The notes beneath the pieces are model-generated. The model had not been told where the DNA came from. It did not search any database and saw only the letters and a list, made by a program, of their open reading frames with translations. From Nymphaea colorata (taxonomy: Eukaryota): 64,000 nt of DNA. The stretch lies in contig NC_045138.2 in NCBI RefSeq assembly GCF_008831285.2, positions 124,001-188,000 of the forward strand, given 5' to 3'. How positions within the stretch are numbered: the first letter of the stretch is position 1; each line of letters begins with the position of its first letter. Both the position numbers and the translations under genes were made by a program. This document shows, piece after piece, positions 55,090 to 64,000 of the stretch.

Positions 55090-55763
55090 CTGCAAATGGT
55101 AGCAAGCATAACCCTTGAACGAAAGAGTACGATCGTAAGTTCATCCAAGTCTCGAAGTCAAAAGTTTCTTCTCTCATGAATAACCTTGGATCCTTATATA
55201 CCAAAAAAATGCTAGAAATAAATAAATTTTGGCTGGCATAGTAAATTTCTGTCACATTATTTCAGCTTTTTTTTTCTTTTTTTCTAAGGGTGAGTGGTTA
55301 GTACCACCGCCCATTACTTCAGCTTTTTTTGTCAAAAGAAAAAATGTTATCCAGTTAGGAATTTCGAATCCTCTGTTTGCTTCACATGCTTAATTTGCTT
55401 AGTGTAGGCTTTGGAAGGATGATTAATTTCAGTGAACTTTTGTTTTTCTTGCATAAGAAGTGGTTACGAACGCCTTTCCATACGATAGTGGAAACTAATG
55501 CATGTTCTTAACCACACAGAACTTGCAATATATATAAATATGATTTGAATTCAACAATAACACATCGTATTTATTTTTCTCAATGACTTAAAATGGTGTG
55601 GAGGTTTAACATTTCATTGTTAAAACAACTGAAGCTACTTATATATGAAAATGGTTCATCTTAAAATTATTCAAATTCTTATTACTAAGTATGTCTAGTA
55701 ATTTCAGTAACTGAGAGAAGTATTTCATCCCATCAAGAAAACCTTAACGCATTCTCTCTCTCC

Positions 55764-55815
<52 letters not shown>

Positions 55816-56604
55816 GCTTGTACGAACTCACCCCGACAGTGCGGCTGTAAAGGGACAAAGTTTTTCGAATGCCTGTGTACTCAACAGTTTTCTTTCTATT
55901 TTTCGATTTACAGATACGAAAACTGTGCTTGATCGACAAAAATCACAAGGTGGGGACAAAGCGGTCATTCTTCACACGCATCAGACCTTCATCAAAGCTC
56001 AAAGGCGTCAAAAAAATCGATAACCAAAAAATTAGGAAAGAAAAGATCAGAAATTTTGAAAAAAAAATTGTTTCGAAGAAAAAGTTTGGAACGCTAAAAA
56101 GGAGATCACAGTTTCAAACGCTTTAATGGCAGACAAGATAGCATTCAAACATCCCACCGTTGTCCACCAGCATTACATCAATCCCCCCGCCCTTCTTTTG
56201 ACTGCACTCCCCACCAATCACACTCAGGAGACTCTCTCTCTCTCTCTCCCTCTTCCTCTTTCCCCCCTCTCTCTCTCTTCTGCATTGTGGTTAACGGTTT
56301 TCTCCCTTTCTTGCCTTGTTGTATTCTCTTTGTCCTCTCCCTACTTTTCCTGGATCGCCACTCCATTATTTTGAGAATTGATGGATACCCATTATGGTTT
56401 TTGATAGAAATAGGGGGCTGTGGTGTTGATTCTTGGTTGCCCCATCAGTGGCCTTGTACCCTCTCTAGTCATTATCTATGGTGCTGGCCTTGCTATTTTC
56501 AGTGAACAGACTATTGATGAATCTTTAGGTGGGTTGGTCTGTCCCAGCAATGGCGGTAGTTTCAATCTGGTCAAGGGACTAATGATTTTTTTTTTCTTCT
56601 CCGG

Positions 56605-57210
56605 GTGAGTGGCAATCAACGCTTCTTCTTTAGAGGAGGTAGTGAGCCACTGATTCTCTTCTTCTGTTGCATATAAGTTGGTGGAGGATGCCTCTCTTGT
56701 AGTGAGTCTCCATTCTTTTCCGTCCGCCTCCGTGCACCTTCATTTTCACCCTCTATGCTTTCTGTTTGCTGCCTTTCTAAGAAACTTGCAGAATACTTCA
56801 AGACCCACATTTTAAAATTTCGAGTTTGATCTGCCATTTGATTTGTTTTGCTTTGTTTCTAAATCTGTGTGTGCTTCTAAACTCGAGCTCTTCCTGATAA
56901 AAGTTTTTTGTTAACAAATGCTTCTCCGTCGTCTCCAGTTTGTCTTATTATTGAAGAGTTGATGTAGAGTCTGAAAACCGTTCTATAATCTCCAAAATCC
57001 GATTAATTTTCTCTTCTTTTCAACAGCCCTAGCCTCCCTCCTCTCTCTGCTAGCAAGCCTTGCAAGTTTGAAGATTTTTCTGTTTATATTGACTGCAAAA
57101 AGGTTGTCTTCTCCCAAACAAGCAATTGGTTTTTACTTGAATTTGTTAAGCGAGTCTGCAAGCCAACCTCAGGAGACTTCTGATTCTTCTGTCGTTGATC
57201 ATATCTGTAG
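56605..57210 (+). other. Predicted 5' UTR intron of the U-box gene
   Basis: Donor GG|GTGAGT (GT 56605-56606), T-rich interior, acceptor ATCTGTAG ending at 57210, 3 nt before the ATG. Alternative acceptor TTCTTTTCAACAG ending at 57026 and alternative donor GAG|GTAGTG at 56639. CT-rich leader at 56232-56280. Confidence 0.5.
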
Positions 57211-57213
57211 ACG

Positions 57214-58464
57214 ATGTCGTTGATAGACGATTTCCACATGAGGATTCCCCACTTGTATAGGTGCCCGATTTCTCTGGATTTGTTCAGTGATCCAGTTACT
57301 CTCAGCACAGGGCAGACTTATGACAGGTCCAGCATAGAGAAATGGTTTGCAGATGGAAATGACACATGTCCTGTGACCATGCAGAGACTCCGTGACTTCA
57401 CCATGGTTCCAAATCGCACCCTCAGGCACCTGATCGACAATTGGTTGCTAATGGAAGCCCAGCTTGATCCACAATGCCAGGAAGTGATTGGCCCCCATGC
57501 TTCAATTGGTTCCCTCAAGTTTAATTTGCAGTCTGTGGAAGCCGCCCCTAGTCTGAAGCTCGACACACTCAGGAAGATCAGAGCTTTAACCAAGGAATCT
57601 GACATGAGAAGATCTTGCTTTGTCCAATTGGACTTCCTTCCTCTGCTGCTTCAGCTCGTGTTCCAAGTCCCCGAACCAAGGAATGAACTAAAATGCGAAG
57701 ATTTGGAACTTGCAGAAGAAGGTCTCTGCTGCATCCTGAACTTACTCAAGCCCCCTTGCACAGACAAGTTTGCAGCACTGAACATGATGAAGAGTTCTGC
57801 TTGTCTCAATCCCTTGCTTAATTTACTGGAGCAAGGGGGAACGAAGATCAAAATGAGTGTGTGCCAACTTGTGGAAGCAATTACTTCTTTTCCGCAGACA
57901 CAGGGACTCAATTTGATCTTGGGGAAAACTGAGAGACTAGTAAGAGGTTTGGTTCGTCTTCTTCAGTGCAGGAAGCATATCAGCCTATCAAATGCAGCAC
58001 TTCGAGCTGTTCGTGGTCTCTGTTCTTTGAATTCAAACCATGAAGACATCATCAGAGCTGGAGCAATGGACGGCCTGATTGCATCTATTCAAGAGGATGA
58101 CAAGCGCATCACCTCCTGTGCTCTAACCACAATTGAGGTTCTATCAATTCACGACAGCGGGAAAAGGGCCTTGGTTGATAATGAAAAGGCAGTCCCTGTT
58201 CTCGTCAAGATGCTCTTCAGAGTCTCTGACAGTGGAGGAAGCGAAATCGCTGTTGGTTTGCTTCTGGATGTCTGTCAAAATTCACCGCAGGCTCAGGAAA
58301 CAGCAATCCGAGCCGGCGCTGTGACTCAGATATTGCTTCTGTTACAAAGCCAATGCAGCTTCAGGGCAAAAAGCAAGGCCAGGATGCTGCTGAAGCTTCT
58401 CAGATCAATGTGGACTGAAGATCCATGCATGTATGGAGCGCAGTACGGTGTAGTTGAATCATAA
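57214..58464 (+). CDS. U-box + ARM-repeat E3 ubiquitin ligase (PUB25/26-like), single coding exon, 416 aa
   Basis: N-terminal U-box IPHLYRCPISLDLFSDPVTLSTGQTYDRSSIEKW...TCPVTMQ...VPNRTLRHLI, no UND domain, ARM-like helical repeats, end motif LLLLQSQCS.RAK.KARMLLKLLRS. Confidence 0.95.
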   Translation: MSLIDDFHMRIPHLYRCPISLDLFSDPVTLSTGQTYDRSSIEKWFADGNDTCPVTMQRLRDFTMVPNRTLRHLIDNWLLMEAQLDPQCQEVIGPHASIGSLKFNLQSVEAAPSLKLDTLRKIRALTKESDMRRSCFVQLDFLPLLLQLVFQVPEPRNELKCEDLELAEEGLCCILNLLKPPCTDKFAALNMMKSSACLNPLLNLLEQGGTKIKMSVCQLVEAITSFPQTQGLNLILGKTERLVRGLVRLLQCRKHISLSNAALRAVRGLCSLNSNHEDIIRAGAMDGLIASIQEDDKRITSCALTTIEVLSIHDSGKRALVDNEKAVPVLVKMLFRVSDSGGSEIAVGLLLDVCQNSPQAQETAIRAGAVTQILLLLQSQCSFRAKSKARMLLKLLRSMWTEDPCMYGAQYGVVES

Positions 58465-61248
58465 TTAAAAGAAACAAAAAGAAATCCAAAATTTTTTGTC
58501 AGCTTAATGTTATCAAGTTCATTCAATTTGCTGCTAAATGATATCCCACATACTGTTGGTAGTTAAATAATCCATTTGGTCTCTCCCCAAAGCATTTTCC
58601 TTTCTTCCCCCGTCATGATAATGGGGTTAAGGCATCTACATGGGGTTTTTAACCCTCATGTCTAGAAACTTCAGCAATCAACTGGAAGTAAACAGTGTAA
58701 TGCAAGGTAAAGTCCTTGCAATTACCCCAGTTGATACTGTTCAAGGGAATAGCTACAGCAGCAACAGTGATAAACAGTAGCAAGATGTATTATGGCAATA
58801 GAAAAGAGTAAATGTTCCATATATTTTCTGTTATTCGACCGAAAATTGATCAAAATGGTTGATGTCCTGCACAAAAATGATTGTGATTGATAAAACAGTG
58901 AGTTGACATCGTTTAGACCCAAATTGTCTTAGTGGAAAGACAAAAGCGCATCTGTTGATTTCTAATTCTAAGATATAATTGCTGTTTTGAAGTTCATTGT
59001 TGAGGGCGAGAATCTATCCAAACTCCAAACAGAAATTTATTGCAGTCAATTTTATTAAAAAAGGAATCAAGTCTTAAACTTGATTCGATACTGCCCCTAC
59101 CAGATGAAAGTAAAAGGAATACAACTAAAATATGAGTGGCATTCACCTAAGAAAGATCTTTTCTGCTTAGCATCCGAACCATATCGTCAACATTGAATTG
59201 TAGTGTTTGGAAGATGATGGTGTTATGTTACACTACTACTGTGGAAAGTTTGTGTACCATAAATAAAACCATGCACAACTGCCGTCATCCACATTTACTT
59301 TGGTCACAGATGGAGGAAGGAATGACAACTGAGAAGGTACTTTTCATTGATGATCACAAGGGTCGCATTTTACTTTGCTATGATTTCTAAAACTTAGAAG
59401 CTTGTGGTCATTCTTTACCTCCTGTAAAAATGGGAGCCCTCTGAACGCTAAAATTCTTGGTTCAGGATCGATGTTTGGATCACCGTGGGATCAAAGCAAG
59501 GTGAGTGCAGGACTAAAAGGAGAGCATTCTCATCTAACAAAGCTTGTACCTTCTTATGCTTAACTTTGGAAATTATTGTGATTGTGATTTGCCGAAACCT
59601 GTATCTTGGTAAAATCCAATGATCACAATCTGTTGCAGATGTGCCTTCGATTCCATTAGTTACTTTTCAGTGTTTAGCAGCAGGGAGAAGATGGTGTTGG
59701 AAAATTGAACTCGAAGGAGCCGATGGGTTGAAGGTTCATTGAGTTTCCTGTGATTAAAGCACAGTGAGTGGCCTATCCTATATTGGCTTCTGCATATAAC
59801 CTGTCTGCAGCATTAGATAGAACATTTGGTAGCCAACTTGATATTTTTACTACAATGGCATCTCTGTCTAAAGTGAGAAACATAAGCCTGTAGATTCACT
59901 ACGAACATTACACAGTTCTTGGCATCTATGTAGAAATTCAAATTGTTCTCATGTTTTCTTTTGAGGCATCATCAGTTGCCCAAGAGTCCAACTCTGTCCC
60001 TGTTATCATATGAATCAAATGCACCTTTCATTAAGAAAAATCACCGTCAACACAGGAAGTATCTTGGCACTTTGTGAAATATTATTTTAGTCTATCAGGA
60101 TCTGTAAATTCTTGTCTTTGTTGACAAAGAAAAACTATAGGAAAGAACCTTTCTTCCTTGGGCTTGAATTCCAGCCTGAAATCCAACCAAGGCCTATAAA
60201 CAGACAAACTATTCCAGCCATACATTCAGTGAGATATTCCACAAGATAGCAGAAATATTTAACATCAAACAATGACAACCTGCACAGACACAAAATATAA
60301 AAACCAGCACCGCTTCAAAAGCGCTCCTTAAATCCAGCAAGATAACAGGGAACTCCTGCAATATGATTCATCATGTTCTTGAAAAACCCTTCGCTGTATA
60401 GATTCGAATGACTCCGAGAGAGGCATACGCATACCTACAAATATACTGCATCAGAACTGCGCAATTCAGGCACCTTTTTCGCAAATCCAACCTTGTATAT
60501 ATGTTGAAGGTGGTCCACTGCCTATGCATCTAAATAACATGCTCACATTTTCTTATTCGAAAAGAGACAAAAAATAGGCCTAAATATTCATAAAAGAACT
60601 TGGGCATTAATTTTAAAGCCTGAAGGAACCCCATAGCCTCTTCATATCAAGCATATAAAATGCCTTCTATGTTATCGAGTTTAACAAAAGGACAATCCCA
60701 GTTTTTATGGGAGGAGTCATCGTCCCGCCCCGACTCTGAAGTACCAGGCCTGCTTTAGGTGACTAGTAGCACTTTCGCTGTGCTTGAACTGTTCCTACTA
60801 TCGATATTTTATATTGTTTTATCCTTTTTCACATCTATTACATGGAAGAAGATCATTTGGAACTGCCAACTCAGGCTATGTTTAATAGTCTGAGATTCAA
60901 GATCCATGGCTGATCGGGAATCCATCTTAGGTGAAATCGACGGCTGAAGCAAGCAGTGGATTTCATGATTACAGATTTGAGATTAGCATTAAGCTGTCAA
61001 ACCATGGATCTATAGCCCTGAGAGGTTTCTAGCTACAGATCTACAATTTTAAGTTTTATGTGGATTTGTGGTAGCCTCAAAGGGCTGTTTGGAAGTTGGA
61101 ACACCATGTGAATGTGAAGGTGTTCATGAATCTGCCTCAAATTTTAAGATAGGTTTATAAGACACCCACTAAATGTTTCATTTACCGAACGATCGCTTGA
61201 AGTGGTAAAGCATGTGATTAGCGTCCAAAAAAAATTGAATTGCAATTG

Positions 61249-61674
61249 TAAGGATGCCAATGTATCCAATTTGGATCAGATATTCGTTCGTTCAAACTAT
61301 TCTGAAAAAATTGGATATAAAAAAGAATGAATATTTGATTAAGAAATAGAAACAAATTTAGATTTAAAAAGTCACTTCGAATCAGATTCAAATTTGGATA
61401 CATATAAATATCCTATCATATTCGGATTCTGATTTAGTTTTAAACCTATATCTGACAACCTTGCATTTGAAAATAGGCCAGATTCAGTTCAAAAATTGGT
61501 TTTGGTTTTAGGTGTGAATGTAAAATTCAACTTCGTATCAGATTTCGGATTTTAGTATGACATTTTTTTCATTCGTGTTTGAAACCAAATTTGAATCTGA
61601 ACATCTGAATATTTGGAAAAGCAGATACAATTAAGGCTAATATCCAATTGAAATCTAAACTATTGACATCCCTG
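61249..61674. mobile_element. MITE family C copy
   Basis: TAAGGATGCCAA / TTGACATCCCTG, flanks TGCAATTG/TGCAGATG. Degraded relatives at about 37545-37920, 43460-44600 and 52880-53430. Confidence 0.7.
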
Positions 61675-61800
61675 TGCAGATGATGTCTACTCCTTGAGGA
61701 AGAAAAAGAAGAAAAAAGAAAGGACAAATTGATTGATGTACATGGGACGGGGGGAAGTTACTTGACCAAGTTGACACCACAACACAACTTTGAGACATAT

Positions 61801-62005
61801 CAGTGGCGGAGCTACACTTGGGCCAGGGCTGGGCATAGGCACGTGGGGGCGAGAACGTCATAATGATGTGTTTGCTTTGAGGACCGTCACTCCTTTGTCC
61901 CGAACTCGAACCCTGCCACATTGGGCCCATGTCTTTTTGACCTCACCCCCTTTCGGCTCGATCACTTAGTGTGTACCACAGTTTAGATTTCTAGCTCCAC
62001 CACTG
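61801..62005. mobile_element. TIR element with CAGTGGCGGAGCT/AGCTCCACCACTG ends and GC-richer interior
   Basis: Near-perfect 14-bp TIR; no convincing TSD. Confidence 0.65.
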
Positions 62006-62740
62006 AAAGCAACATCCAGTATCGCTTACCTAAGCTAAAATAAGTTTTATTTAAGCTTAGTAAGATAAGTGGTTGAGTGAGACATATTTAAACGATGGAA
62101 TATATATATATATATTGGTAGAAACCAAACCAATCAGTCCTTTTAATATGATATTTAAAGTGTTTTTTTTCTAAAAAAATCTAAAATTACCCAATGGCGA
62201 AGCCAAGGGGAACTTGGCAGGGGCTTTAGCCCCCCTCGAAGAAAAATTAGGTGTAAATTTAAAAAAAAAAATATGAAAAAATTTATTTCTGTTCATGTTG
62301 AAATTTTGAAACTATAACTCAGTTTTCCTCATAAAAAATTTCACTTTACCAATAGATTGATGCAAAATGTATTTTGAGTTGATCATTTTTTAGGTTTTGA
62401 TAGTGTTTTTATAATAACATAAACATTTTAATAATAAAAAAGCAAATATTTTTCATAAAAAAAACTTCATTCAAAAGCATGTTTTGTATCAAAATAGTTT
62501 TTATAAATATATTAAGATGTTTATATTTTATTAAAAAAATAAAAGGTATATATATGCGTGTACGTGTGGTAATTGCCCACATGTGTCATGTGTCTCGCTC
62601 TTGAAGAAGAGAACATTACTTTGTTGGCTACAGAGAAAGGGAAGGAGGAGCGAGTACGGCGCACAGTGACCGCCTGATTTGACAAAATCTGATGGCCATG
62701 TGCCATTCATGAGATACGTAGGTTCCTCCATCCATGGAAG

Positions 62741-62778
<38 letters not shown>

Positions 62779-63104
62779 AAATAAAAAAGTTAGATAAATG
62801 CACAAGTTATGGGCACATGTGCAAGAACAAAGATATATCACGTGAATCTTAACTTTATCCGTAAGAAATGTGTGTGCGATTTTAATGTTCCAAGAAAGGG
62901 TTTGTCTCATGCACTGTCCAACAAATTTTTATTGCTCTCTGCCCATTTCATTTCAGTCACTAGCTCCCAGTAGTCAGTCAATAGCACCTCCCTACCTATC
63001 GAATCTTGCTTTATTTTCCTCGAATTAATGACAGAACCTTGAAAAAGAAAAACAACAAATTCAATAGCTTACCTACTCTAAAAGAAACCTATCAATACAA
63101 GGCA

Positions 63105-63152
<48 letters not shown>

Positions 63153-63553
63153 TCATCACAAGATCTTTGGGCATCGTAAGATGTCGATCTTTTAGACCAT
63201 TCAGTGGCATCCTTACGAAGCATGGGCAAGGAAGTGAACTGCAATTGCAAAAGATATCAAGGGGCTTTCATTCTTAAAAGCAATCACGTGTGTGCCTACA
63301 TGCATGCATTAGGTGCATGCTGTGAGATGCCAGAGGATTCCTCCGGCCACGGTGACTCTGAAGCTCACTTGTAACGGTCATCTGATTTATTGTGATGAAT
63401 GGTTAAGAGAAAAATAAGAAAATAAAGATGATGGGCACTTTCATTATCCTATATTAATTCACATATTTTTCTCTTTTTTGTTTCTCTCAACTGTCTATTA
63501 TAATGGATCAAAAGCCCTCATGAGTTACTTTGATTACCTTAAATAGCTAGTCA

Positions 63554-63620
<67 letters not shown>

Positions 63621-64000
63621 AAAAAGAGTGGAAACGGATCCACTTAACCTCCATAGCAGCACCTTTATGTGTGTAAGACACATAAAGAGACTACTAATAA
63701 TAATTACATCAGTGTTTTCCTCCCTCATCTCTTTCTTTAATGAGATTCAGTGTAGAGAGTGAAGAGAGTCAGTGAGGAAAGGGGTAAACATAGAACAAGA
63801 TTGGGAGTGAAGACCTAATCTCTGCATATAATGGCAGTCAAACGGGGAATGTAGAATGTAAAATGCCACAAGAAGAATTGCTTCCAGTGACAAAAATCTT
63901 TGACCTTTTAGACTGCCCGCGGGACTAAAGTTAAAGTGACAGAAAGCGAAAGATCATCAAGATATCCCATGCAAGCTTGGCTAGTAAAAAGACCTTTTAA

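Noticed and set aside
56394..56468. Selenocysteine or stop read-through at TGT TGA in MVFDRNRGLWC*FLVAPSVAL
   Set aside because: Land plants are not known to have Sec insertion machinery, no SECIS is evident, and another stop follows 13 codons later.
59400..60900. Possible additional gene downstream of the U-box gene
   Set aside because: Only scattered splice-like signals; no consistent ORF or recognisable domain could be assembled.

Overview
Eukaryotic, flowering-plant nuclear DNA: AT-rich, spliceosomal introns, many (AT)n/(CT)n microsatellites. The species cannot be established from the sequence. Four host genes were reconstructed by hand: (1) an SKP2A/B-type F-box/LRR gene (+, 4 coding exons, 367 aa); (2) a nucleus-encoded organellar ribosomal protein L36 gene that the ORF track misses (-); (3) a 10-exon DnaJ/X-domain co-chaperone gene (-, 386 aa) with a GC-AG intron; (4) an intronless-CDS U-box/ARM E3 ligase (+, 416 aa). 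Between about 21.5 and 56 kb I found no host gene. That stretch holds a full-length but dead Ty1/copia element (313-bp LTRs ending TG...TA, a 188-bp triplication in RT) inserted in an older copia relic, plus many hAT-like and Tourist-like MITEs. The most intriguing unexplained signal is a roughly 300-nt segment in the putative 5' leader of the U-box gene (56357-56654). It combines nested base-pairing potential, mutually exclusive helices covering a 5' splice site, and stacked uORFs, which makes it a candidate cis-regulatory RNA element. All alignments and folds were done by eye and need computational confirmation.
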